From NCBI RefSeq assembly GCF_009914755.1, contig NC_060929.1: 64,000 nucleotides of DNA, one strand, 5' to 3'. The stretch's first letter is position 1, and each line of letters starts with the position of its first letter. The translations under genes and the position numbers were made by a program. The notes beneath the pieces are model-generated. The model searched no databases, had not been told where the DNA came from, and was given only the letters and a program-made list of their open reading frames with translations. This document shows positions 48,467-60,580 of the stretch, piece by piece. This DNA is from the human T2T-CHM13v2.0 reference genome, Homo sapiens.

Positions 48467-48987
48467 GTCAAGAGTTTAGTAAATAAATTATAGTGGTATG
48501 TCTATGAAATGAAATAATATGTAACAATAAAAAAGTGCTACTTCAACATGCAAGAAATTGTTGAATCTCAAAAATATTATGCTTAAGGAAAAAAGACAAA
48601 AAGAATTCATACTCTATAATTCTACTGATATATAATTGTAGAAAATAAAAGCTAATATATGGTAATAAAACCAGATTAGTACTGGATTGACAATGTGTTG
48701 AAAGTCAAAAGAAGAGGCTTGAGATCTCTTTCTAGTGTGATAGTTTTACAAGTATATACGTATGTTAATGTTTAAAAATTTCACACCTCAAAAATGTGCA
48801 GTATACCAGATGTTAATTATATCTCATAAAGCTATTAAAATTTTATCTCAAAATTATAGCTTTATTGCATTTAGGGCATTATCCAATTTTGAATCTAATC
48901 CAGTTATCATAGCTTAATGCAGTATTATGAAAATAATGCCTATAAAGGTCCAGTTCCTCAAACACCCTTGGAACCAATTTTGTCATC

Positions 48988-49468
48988 TATATTAGTTACC
49001 TTGGGCTGCTATAATGAAGTACCACAAGCTGTGTGTCTTTAAGCAACAGAAATTTCTTCCCTCACAGTTGCGGAGGTCAGAGGTCAGAAAACAAGGTGTC
49101 TGCAGGACCAACCTCTCCTCTGGATGCTCTAGGTGAGAATCTTTTCCATGCCTTTCTCTTAGCTTCTGATGTTGCCATCAGAACTTCAGATGGTGTTCCT
49201 TGGCTTCTGTCAATATTAATACATAAATCCTTTTCAGTCTCAGCTTCTCTCTTCACATGGTCCTCTCCACATCCTATCTGTTTCTGTTCCCTCTTCTTAT
49301 AAAGACAGCCCATGTTATTTTAAGTCCCACCTACAGACATAATTTTAGCTTGATTACATCTGCAAAAACTTTGTGTCCAAATAAGGTTTCATTTACCTTA
49401 TGTGTATAACTAGGGGTTAGGGCTTGAACATACGGGTTTGGGGAGGGGAACACAGTTCAGACCATGAC
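48988..49468 (-). mobile_element. MLT1 (B/C-like) solo LTR
   Basis: GGGCTGCTATAATGAAGTACCACAAGCTG...CAACAGAAATTT...GATTACATCTGCAAAAAC...GGAACACAGTTCAGACCATGACA. Confidence 0.85.
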
Positions 49469-51900
49469 ACTCATTGTTTCACTCATTAATGAGTTAAGGG
49501 TGCTTTGATATTATTACAGTTGAATGAGAGTGGTTTTTAAAATTACATTTTGTCGTGTAGTTTGTTCCACCCTGATGCTTAAAGGGAGTCACCTGCCTCA
49601 GCCAATTAAACTGTGTTGTCTCTGCAGTGCGTTTTATCACAAGAACATGACCTTTAAGCACAAGAACACCTTGTACTCCACCACTAAAAACAGAAATGAC
49701 ATCTACCTTCACTGCTTCCCTATTTCTCTCCATCTTTACTGACTTGGTATTTTGTTGTTGCTGTCATTTCTGGTTGTTGGTCAATTTTCATTTCTGTTCT
49801 TATTTTGCTGATAATTCTTATAAATCAGTGCTGAATTTTGTCAAATTATTTTTCTGCATCTCTACAGATGATCATTTTATGTTTTCGTCCCTGTGATAAT
49901 TTAGTGAATGTCATTGATCAATTTTTAAATAATGAATATCTTTGCATTTAAGATAATATTTTTCACTATTAATGTTATCTCTGAAATGAAAGCTAAACCT
50001 AGTCAATAGATATTAGAGGTGCATGATTTTTAAAATTGTATAAAATTAGATAAAAAATACAAAGAAATATATATAATTTTAAAACTATGTAAAAATGTAA
50101 ATGCCAAATGATAGAGCACTAAATGAAGCTTGTAATATTAAATACAATCTTTAGAAACTCTTTTGCAGTGCAGGAAAAAAATAGAACTGAAAACAAAGCA
50201 GAAGAAATCACAGATATAAAATTAAAGAGGATAGAATTAAGCACCGGAGTTCCCACATCTAAAGTGAAAATCTAAGAATTTAAATATCATTCAAATGCAG
50301 ACTAAAATACAATATAAAATAAAATTTCCTGAGCTAATTTTTAAAATACTGCTTAATTTGTAGGTAAAAATGCAGACTAATTTTCTGACTATATTACTAT
50401 AAAAACCTTCTACAAATATTTTTTAACTAAAATTATAAGAAAAACATCCGCCATAAACACGTAAGATTAGTATTTTCGTTTCTGAAGTATAAAATGTCTG
50501 GATAGACTTGAGCTTGTTGCTTTAGTTTTATATGTGAAGACTGGAAAAATTCTGTTTTGTTTTGAAAAATATTTTGAGCTAAAAATGTTGTATTCCACAT
50601 TTGTTAGGAATGGAAGTCTTTAAAATATGAAATATTTCCAATTGAAGAAAAATAGTGAAAATGAACTTTATCTGAATAAGATTAATGAAAATTACATGTT
50701 GAAAAAGTAAAATAGTTATGTGTACTAACAGTGACTACTAACCCAACAATATAAAATTAAGTAAAAATATTATTACCATGTTAAATACAAATTAAAATTA
50801 ATTATAAAAAAGTTAAGATCTATGATTAAAGTATTAAAATAAAATGAGACTGTATTCACAAATCTAAAAGCAAATTGGTGAATGACATATTTTTTGAAAT
50901 AATAAATTCTTTGGCATATTTTATATTTTTTATTATAAATGAAAATTATTTATTTGAAATATTTAAAGGAACAAAATATTTGCAGCTCTATTTTATTGAG
51001 AAAGGAATTACAAAACAAAAACAAGGAGCTTTTGTAATTACAAAAGAATATATTAATAATATTATTTAGAAGCACAAAACCAGAAAAGCTTTATATTATT
51101 TCTAACAATAAATGTAAACCATCTAATTTTCTGAAAAGGGGTGGAAATAAATATTTAACAAAGAAGATGTTATTCTTAAATTGTAATATGTACATTGCCT
51201 AAAAATAAAAAGGTAGTTGAAGATATATTGTGAACAACAAAAAATGAAGAGCTGATAATATTAATGTGCGAAGGAAACTCATAACATATTGTACTAATTA
51301 TAAATCAGTGTATTGACAAAACCTGAGTCCTCAATTATTATTGACTGTTATTGACATGTTAATGATAGAATATTAAATATAGAATATAATAAAGCAATTT
51401 AGAATAAAAAAGAGAAAGCGATAGACATGAATAGAAACAAAATGCAACTGTTCAATATTAAAAGCCTTTCTAAATTGCTTGTGTTTTTCTAGTGACCTGT
51501 TTCGCTATGCAGTGTAGGCTCAGGTGTCTAGATTTTAGTTGCAGATAAACACAGGTAGTGTTTTCCAGATCTCAGAATGACCAGTTACATAAAAATAGGC
51601 CATAAACCATATATTTCATTCTTGCGGTTGACAAACCTCTAATTCACCTGAAAATATTAAAAAGAAAGAAGACAGACGTGACAGTGGTTGGAAGTTGAGG
51701 ATAAGAAGAAGTTGGCAGAAATAAGCTTTCTTCTTTTGGACAGCAATGCATGATAAAAAAAATTAAACTAAATTCAGTTCATTTCCACTAACTGGGACTT
51801 ATTTAGAATTAGAAACTTTAAGAAAGTCTGAAGAATTTCAATTGAGGAGTAAATAAGGGCCAATTTATTTCATAGTGTGGACTCTCAAGACAATATACAA

Positions 51901-51996
51901 CAGTGCTTCTCAAAGTTAAACAGTGTATGAGTGACCTGGAAATGAAGATGCAGATTTAATAGGGCTGGAGAGAAGTCTGAGATTCTCAATTTCTAA
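51901..51996. mobile_element. MER5-like fragment
   Basis: CAGTGCTTCTCAAAGTT...TCTGAGATTCTCAATTTCTAA. Confidence 0.5.
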
Positions 51997-52812
51997 TGAA
52001 TTAAATTACAAAGAGGAGAAAATAAGGTTATTGCTTACTTTATATACATTCACAAACACAGGCTAATCAAATAATTGTTTAAAGTATTGCTCTGATAAGA
52101 ATTAAATTACATAGTTCATAGGAAACATTTTCTTTACATTCGGATTTTATCTATTATTAGAATAATAATAGAATCTTGACTTTATGTAACTCTATGTTCC
52201 AAACAACTAGAAACTTTTCGATAGCAATTGTTCACCATTTAATAACATTTTTCCAAGATACCTAATGCACTCAAGGACAAAATAGCTGCCTTCCAGTGAT
52301 TTCCAATTTATTCAATTTTCAGGCCATCTGTCTGCCCACACAATGACAGATTATAGTTACATTCTTGCCATGCTCTGAACAGCTAAGCCAATTGTTTTCA
52401 ATCTTTTTTCTTCAGCAACTCCATCTCTTAAAGTACTTCAGAGTAGTTCCTGAAAGGATTCCTCTTTAGTTAAATGGCTATACAGCTCTCCCATCATCCA
52501 AAATAATCAGTGGAGAGATAGCAATATTTTTCATTACATTAGGCCAAGTTCCATTGCTTCCTTCATCTTGTAATCTGATCAGAAACACCACTATAGATTC
52601 AATAATTGAGTTTAGAGTTTCAGAGAATTTGGGGTCACAGAACATCTATGTCTATTTTGTAAAGATTATTGCATATTACTGAAATAGCTTGTCAAACACT
52701 GCAGTCTGCTTAAAGTATCAAAATAGAAATGTTGAATGCTGTGTCTGCACAGAGTTCATTTAAGCAAAGAATCTACTAGGCTCTTAAGTCTGTTAATGCA
52801 AATTCCTGAATA

Positions 52813-53174
52813 CAGCTGACCCTCCATACCCCCATTGTGGGTGGATTTAACTAACCATGAATCAAACATATTTGTTAAAAGAAATACCAAAAATAATTTT
52901 TAAAAAGAAATACAACAATAAAACAATGCAAATAAAAAACAATCCTTATAACAATTATGTGCATAGCATTTATATTGTATTCAGTATTATTAATGTAAGT
53001 AATAATCTGGAAATGATAGAAAGTATACAAGAGGGTGTGTGTAAGTTATATGCAAATACTAGGCCATTTTATATAAGAAACTTGAGCATCTCTGGCTTTT
53101 GCTATGAAGGGATGATGGTGGTAGGATTGGTGGTGGTCCTGGAACAAATCCCCAGCAGGTACCAAGGGGGACTG
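52813..53174. mobile_element. MER2 (Tigger MITE)
   Basis: TA-CAGCTGACCCTCCATA...TTATATGCAAATACTAGGCCATTTTATATAAGAAACTTGAGCATC...GTCCTGGAACAAATCCCC...GGGACTG-TA. Confidence 0.88.
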
Positions 53175-53530
53175 TAGACCCCAAAGCTGTTTAGGAATGG
53201 GTCACAGCAGCAGGACTGAGGCAGGAATGCTCCCCACAGAAAACATCAACCACCTGTTGATTTTTGAATCTGCTCCTCTCAGGCATGCCTTCAAATGCTA
53301 TAACCTGGAGATTCAACTCATTTTCATGCTGCTAAGTAGGAATAGGTGATTCAATTCCCCAAGAAAGTGACAGAGGTCCCTGAAATATAGATTTAAAGTT
53401 ACATAGTGTCAAATGCTAGTCATTTTCTTTTTGCTCGATGGTATCCTCTCAGAAAAACCTTTTATAATATTTCTAATTCATTTACCAGATTTATAGAATC
53501 ATCAAATTGTCTATCCATGTGTTTTTCAAA

Positions 53531-53613
53531 TATTTTGTGAAGTGTCTAGGGTAACAACCTAGTGTTCGAACGTATTTTGTGAAGTGGCTAGGGTAACAAC
53601 GTAATGTTCGAAC
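53531..53613. repeat. 42-bp tandem duplication (3 mismatches)
   Basis: TATTTTGTGAAGTG(T/G)CTAGGGTAACAAC(C/G)TA(G/A)TGTTCGAAC x2. Confidence 0.95.
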
Positions 53614-54399
53614 TTATGTTCGTATTTAAATACAAATGTATTTTGGTTGAGTGATTACTCAAGGTCACTGAGGAATCCACAAGGTTAACCTCCTGACTCT
53701 AGAACCATTGTTATATAGAGATATATAAATAGCTGATTTAATATTATAGGCTTAGCAAAATATTTAATAAATAAGGTCTTAGTAAAACAACACACATGTA
53801 TTTATCCACTTATTTAATTTTGTTTTTCCATTTCTTCTGAACATAAGTTCCTGAGGACACGGGCCTTTTTTCACAGTTCATTTTTGGATTCCAACATCTA
53901 GCCAGTACTCTGCAAAGAGCACTGAATTTGAAAGAAATTTCTCAGTTAATGATTTGAATCATATAAAATATTTAGTAAATTTGAAAACTAGTAACCGTGT
54001 AAAGCGATTAAAACAAACATACTAGAGGGTAATAATCCCCCGCCCCTTGCCTTCTTCCTTTACATCCACTTCATTCTTATTCTTGTCTACTTCCCCTGCC
54101 CCACCCAGGGAACGTGGTTAGCCCATCAGCTGCAAAGATTGTTCTCATATAATATTGTTCCGATGGATAATGAGACTCTGAAAGTGGAACATAAACAGAT
54201 AAAACAAAAACAAACAGAAAAGAACCCAAAAACCTAAACTCAACTTCAGTTAAAGCAGAAAATATCTGTCCAGCCTAAACCAGGCATACTCCACAGACTT
54301 CTGTTAGACGCCTGATCCTACTTCAGTCTGGAACCACCTAGTCTTCAGGTTTGCCTGGTGCTCACCAGCTGAAGAAATCCTTTAACGACCTTTATTCAG

Positions 54400-55380
54400 T
54401 CAAGTAAATCGTTTTCTTTTGGCAACTTGCATGTTATTTTTTAGGTTTTCATTTATTTATTTTTTTATATTTAAAGTCATATTTTCTTCCTTTTATTCAC
54501 TTTGCTGGTCTTTCTCACTTTGATTTTTTTTTTTTTGCCTTGTTTTGCATTTGTTTACTTTAACATTTTTTGTAACTTATCTCTTTTATTTTGGAAATTA
54601 TTCACATTATCAGTTTTCTTTTGCTAGGCAATTTTGATATTCTAATAAACATTATTAACATAAAATATAAAGTTTACTAACACCAAGCCCAAACAATACA
54701 AAGTCTTAGGGCTCTTTAATTGCAATTATTTAAAAATATTTGCTACAAATTGTTCATTATTTTATATTCATGTTGTTTTTCTTATTCCCACAAATCACAT
54801 ATTGTTGGTGTGTTTGTTAAATAAAATTGTGACTGCTTATATATGTTTTTTCACATCCTTTCTTCTTCTAATATTTTGGAATTTACATCCAGTTAATTAT
54901 CCTTTATTCTATGGTACATACTGTAAAAGTTACTATTCTTGGTAGTAAACTCTCAGTTTTTGGATTGTCTGAAGATGTCTCTATTTTGATCTGCTCTTGA
55001 ATTCTAAATCTAATTGACATAAAATTCTAGATTTGCCGTTATCATTTATTAGCACTTCAAAGATATTCCACAATTTTCTGACTTTCAATATTTTTGTTGG
55101 TAAAAATGGTGATTGTTAATTGGCTTGCATATTCTGTTTTGGATATTCCACTGTTTCCTTATAATTTGTTTATTTATAAGGAAACTTATAAACAAATTAT
55201 AAGGAAACAATAGAATATCCAAAATAAAGAGAATAGTTATGGGTTCGTTTAGATAATTCTTCAGAATCTACTAATTTGTGTCTTTCTTCTTTACTTCTGT
55301 AAACTTTTCAGCTACTATATATTAGAATATTTCTTAACTTTTTTATATTCATTCTGAAATTTCTTGCTGAAATTTGTTCA
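54400..55380 (-). mobile_element. Ancient L1M fragment (ORF1-region-like)
   Basis: T-rich; GGTAGTAAACTCTCAGTTTT...TGTCTGAAGATGTCTCTATTT...CATAAAATTCTAGATT...TTAGCACTTCAAAGATATTCCAC. Confidence 0.6.
55137..55224. repeat. Inverted repeat, 37-bp arms (2 mismatches), 14-nt loop
   Basis: TTTTGGATATTCCACTGTTTCCTTATAATTTGTTTAT / ATAAACAAATTATAAGGAAACAATAGAATATCCAAAA. Confidence 0.95.
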
Positions 55381-57334
55381 GAAGGTGAGTTAACGGAGCT
55401 ATACATCTTTAGTGTCATGTGCTCTAAATTGCAAAATACATGTATTTTTATTTCAGACAACTTGAGTAACATTTGTGCAAATGTTTTATATACACGGACT
55501 TAATTTGGTAAATTTAGGCATGTGGTAGACAAATTTAAAAATGTATAAAAATCATGGGCAAGCATATGAACATTCTATTTTTGCTACTATAAAAAAATAG
55601 CAGACTATCCAACTATTTTATGATACTCAACGATACATCTTACTAAATGGTCACGACTCTTGCCTCTCAGGGTCAGAGTTTGCAATAGTGAAAGCAAGAG
55701 AAAGCCACGGAAAAAAAAACAGGGAGAGGGAAAATATTAAGCTCTAGAATATGTACATTGTTTTGCTTGTATAAATTTAGAACATTCAACACATGTTTAC
55801 AATGAATACATATAAAATACCAATGACATGAGGAGAATTAGAATAGAAATAAATACAAGGATTCTTTCATGATAACTAAAAATATCAGTGAAGGTTTGTA
55901 CATAAAATTTAGGGATTTTATATTATTACCTAATACAATTCTGGCTATAACATCACTAAAGGATTGTAAACGTCTGCTGGGAAACCTATGGGAAAAAAAT
56001 GCAAGTGGAACTGGTGTCATACAAACACATTTTCTAATGGGAAGCTTAACTGGTGAAATGTAAGTTGGAAACATTACTCAATTTAGGTCTATGAAAATGT
56101 TTTCCCAAATACAATCTTTTCTTGTTTGATAGGAGGTTTTACTGTGATGTATTATTTCTGACAGCCTCTTTTTTTTTTTTTTTTAAAGGAAACGAGTAGA
56201 ATTAAGTGAATTGATTATCATATCTAACCTGTAAGTACAAATTACTTTCCCTTGGAATTACATAATTGATAATTGTACATCCTCAGATGTGTTTGAATCT
56301 GAGATTTACTCTAAACTCAGAGGAAAAAAAGTGAAATTTTGTTTCCATTGTGACACCTTTGTTTCCTTTTTAAGTTTTCAAAATTTCTTAAAAATTATTT
56401 TTCCCTTTCATAATTTATTCAACAAGTATCTATTGTTAGGTGTTGGGAACACAAGACCTAAAACTCCTGACAAATATATTCTATTTCTGAGGTCAATTTG
56501 TACATTAATAAATGCATATATAATACCAGACAAGATTGTAATGCTAACCAGTTTGACTTTGAGGCACGGTATTCAGAATGTAAATGCCCCTGGAAAAAAC
56601 ATTGAATATAAATGCCCCTGGAGAAAGAATGTAGTTGGAAAAAGCATTCTGAGGTAAAATTATGCAATATTGGTATGACTAATTAGAGTGACCAGAGGTT
56701 CACACATTTTTGTGACATGCCATTGGTAGAAAAAGAGCCATAGCTGAAAAAATATGGCAGTCATAAGATGTCAGTGGAAATGAAGACAAGGATACCTTTT
56801 GGTCAATTTTCTTGAAAATATTGGCTTTTTCAACAGTGTAGTTTATTTAAAATTTAGTCCCAGTTCTTAGCAATTATTTATATACTGATGGACTTATATC
56901 CAGGGTCTTCTTGAATTAAAAAAAGTCAAAAAATAATTTTATAAATTTAAAATATTATAAAATTATGATATATACAATTCTTGCTCTCTCTGTCATATTT
57001 TTCCAATTTTTTGTCTGTCTTGTTTTTTCTTGCCTTTTCTTCCCTGTCCTTTCCCTTTCGTTTCTTTTCTTTTTGTTTCCTTTGTCTGGCCTTGCTTTGA
57101 GTTTCTTTTCCAAACGAATTCACTGGAGGTGGTATTTTTATGCATAATATACACAGCAAATGTCTAGGGCCTCTCATTTTTTACAAATCTTTGTAAGAAA
57201 AGGCTATCTATTAACCCAATGACATTGTCATAACCTTTTCTAAATTTCAATGATATTCAGTTTCTCGCAGCTATTACATTACAAAGTATACCTCAGTAAA
57301 AATCTAGTAAGTCATAGGGCTGATGTTGCTGATT

Positions 57335-57485
57335 GCTCACTTGCTCAAGCCAGAAGCTTAGAATACATGCTTGATTCTTCACTTTCCTGTGGGTTTATGC
57401 CAAATCAATTGCAAATCTATAGATCTTATCCTCTAAATAACATACAGCATGCCTACTTTTTTCTCTCTCTCGACTACTGTCACAT
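57335..57485 (+). mobile_element. L2 fragment
   Basis: TTGCTCAAGCCAGAAGCTTAGAAT...CTTGATTCTTCACTTTCC...CCTCTAAATAA. Confidence 0.55.
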
Positions 57486-58576
57486 TAATTCAAAAGAAAA
57501 AGACTGATGATTCCTAACTTCCTGGCTTCAGTAATTGGCAACGATGACATCACTACTAAGGCTTCACTTCTCACCTCTGCTTCCATATGAGTGTAATGTT
57601 ATTTTCTCCTATGACAGATAAGTTTATTTTTCACCATTAAAAGGTAAGAAACTCACTCATAACCAAAGTTGGAGGAGACAGTTATTTTTTTTCCCCAGCT
57701 TGCCTGTTAAAACCATAAGGAATGATTAATCTGCCATGGTGCTTGATGTGGCCCAGGGATGTGCTCAGACTCAGTCATGTAGGGGCAGGTGGTATTAACA
57801 TTAGTTCAAACATGGAACCATGGCATGTGTTAGAAATAATGGCTTATATTAGAAACTGGACATAAAATTGTCGTGAGCAAGAAAGTTACCTCAATTTGAG
57901 TCTACTAGAAGTTTCAGAGTGCCATTTCACATGGCCACAAAGTTCAAAAGTTCCAAAAGAAGCAAAAGTTTGACCAAGAAATCAGTGATTTTTTAAAAAA
58001 GAGAAATTGAGCTCAATCATGTTTTTTATATCTTCTACTGTACTAAAAGTTTTTTTCTCAATAATTGACTAAAAGTTCATTAACTACTGCACAGACTTCA
58101 ATATTTAGAAATGTAATACGGGCTTGCTAACTAAAAGTGAAGTTATTTTATTGTCGGAACTAGCTATTGTTAGAAAGACTCATTTGCTTTTTATAATACA
58201 ATTTTACATATGATTTATAGATTGACAGATTATAACAATTTATAGATTATTACCTCATTAATTTATTGAATAACCTGACTAAATTACTTAGTCACTGAAT
58301 TAAATACAACCCAGCCTTAATACTTTGGGTCAAGGAACATTGACCAAATATGTATTTATGCCACAGATTCCTTGAAATTTCTTACCAAAGTAAATTGTTT
58401 CATGAAAAATACAGAAATAAATTGGTAACTAAATAAAACATGTTCTATATTTCAACTTGAAAAATTAAAGAAATTAATAATTCTTAAAATCAAAGCAATG
58501 ATCATTTGTTTCCTAATTATTATTATTGTGAATGTACTTAAAATTTTTGCTATGCTTTTAAGAAAGATGTACTTCT

Positions 58577-60580
58577 ATTAAAAATTATTAAAATAAACAG
58601 CAGAGAGACTGACTTTTCAAAATAGTTTATCTGGGAAGAGCAATGAACTGCAATTTGGGATATGTGTACCGTACTGAACCATAGGCACATTTGAAAAAGC
58701 TGGGGGAGCCGAAGCTTTTTTAAGGGTAAAAGGTGAAGTTCCCCATCAAACTACCGTTGGCATTCTTCACAGAATTAGAAAAACCTATTTGAAATTTCAT
58801 ATGGAATCAAAGAAGACCCCATATAGCCAAGACAATCCTAAGCATAAAGAACAAAACTGGAGGCATCACACTACCTGACTTCATTACTGCAGGGCCTCAG
58901 TAACCAAAACAGCATGGAACTGGTACCAAAACACACATATAGACCAATGAAGGTGAACATAGACCTCAGAAATACACCACACGTCTACAACCACCTGATC
59001 TTCAACAAACCTGACAAAAACAAGCAATGGGAAAGGATCTCATATTCAGTAATAATGTGGGAAATCTGGCTAGCCATATGCAGGAAACTGAAACTGGACC
59101 CCTTCCTTACACCTTATACAAAAATTAACTCAAGATGGATTAAAGACTTAAATGTAAAACCCCAAACCATAAAAACCCTAGAAGAAAACCTAGGCAACAA
59201 CATTCAGGACATAGGCATGGTGGGCAAAGACTTCATGACAAAAATGCCAAAAGCAATTGCAACAAAAGCCAAAATTGACAATGGGATCTAATTAAACTAA
59301 AGAGCTTCTGCACAGCAAAAAAAAAAAAAAAAAAAAAAAACTATCATCAAAGTGAACAAGCAACCTACAGACTGGGAAAAAATTTTTGCAATCTACCCAT
59401 CTGACAATGATCGAATATCCAGAATTTACAAGGGACTTAAACATGCTTACAAGAAAAAGACAAACAACGCTATCAAAAAGTGGGCAAAGGATATGAACAG
59501 ACACGTCTCAAAAAAAGACATTTACGTGGCCAAAAAGCATACAAAAGAAGCTCAACATCACTGATCACCAGAGAAATGCAAATCAAAACCACAATGAGAT
59601 GCCATTTCACGCCAATTAGAATGGAGATTATTAAAAAGTCAGGAAACAATAAATACTGGAGAGGATGTGGAGAAATGGGAATGCTCTTACACTGTTGGTG
59701 GGAAAGTGAATTAATTCAACCATTGTGGAAGACAGTATGGGCATTCCTCAAAGGATCTAGAACTAGAAATACCTTTTGACCCAGCAATCCCATTACTAGG
59801 TATATACCCAAAGGAATATAAATCATTCTACTGTAAGGGAACATACGTATATATATTTATTGCAGCACTATTTACAATAGCAAAGACATGGACCCAACCC
59901 AAATGCCCATCACTGATAGACTGGATAAAGAAAATGTGGTACACATACACCATGGAATACTATGCAGCTATAAAAAAGGAATGAGAGCATGTCCTTTGCA
60001 GAAACATGGATGAAACTGGAAGCCATCATCCTCAGCAAACTAACACAGGAACAGAAAACCAAATACCGCATGTTCTTATTCGTAAGTGGGATTCGAACAT
60101 TGAGAACAAATGGACACAGAGAAGGAAACAACACACGCTGGGGCCTGTTGGAGGTTGGGGGGTGAGGGGAGGGAACTTAGATGATAGGTTGAAAAGTGTA
60201 GCAAACCACCATGGCATACGTATACCTATGTAACAAACCTGCACGTTCTGCACATATATCACTTTTGTTTGTTTTTTGAAGAAGAAGAAGAAATAAAGAA
60301 AAAAAAAGGTGAAGTTCATGTAAATTATTTTAAAATAAACCTCTTTGGCCCCAGAAGCTTATTGCTTGGTATGGACAAATACTCATCGGTGATACTGGCT
60401 ATTGCTGGGAAGATGTCTTCATAGAAGCGTCGTATCTAAAATTTTTGTAGTTTTCAGGGAGTCCTTGCAATAATTCTTTTAGAGACATCCATGCATGAAG
60501 GGCCTTCTTTTATACTCTCCCAGCTCCATTTTGTTGTGGTTTGACTTCAGTGAGTCAACTTCTTTGCTTGTAACTTTAAC
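58577..60580 (-). mobile_element. ERV1 (MER4-group-like) 3' LTR split by an L1 (pieces ~58577-58741 and 60304-60580)
   Basis: Ends ...TAACTTTAACA, followed at once by TTTCCCCCCTTT (polypurine tract on the minus strand); CTCCATTTTG motif. Subfamily not assigned. Confidence 0.7.
58742..60303 (+). mobile_element. 5'-truncated L1 (L1PA8-like), ~1.56 kb
   Basis: Frameshifted ORF2 C-terminus, 3'UTR GGGAGGGAACTTAG; perfect 14-bp TSD AAAAGGTGAAGTTC at 58728-58741 and 60304-60317. Confidence 0.95.

Larger units (their letters stand above)
46200..48850 (+). mobile_element. Ancient L1M (L1ME/MC-like) fragments interrupted by MST and MER20
   Basis: Degraded ORF2/3'UTR motifs (AATAGAGTTCACAAATAGATCC, CAATTCTACCCCTAGGCATTTATCC, GAATCTCAAAAATATTATGCT). 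Confidence 0.65.
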
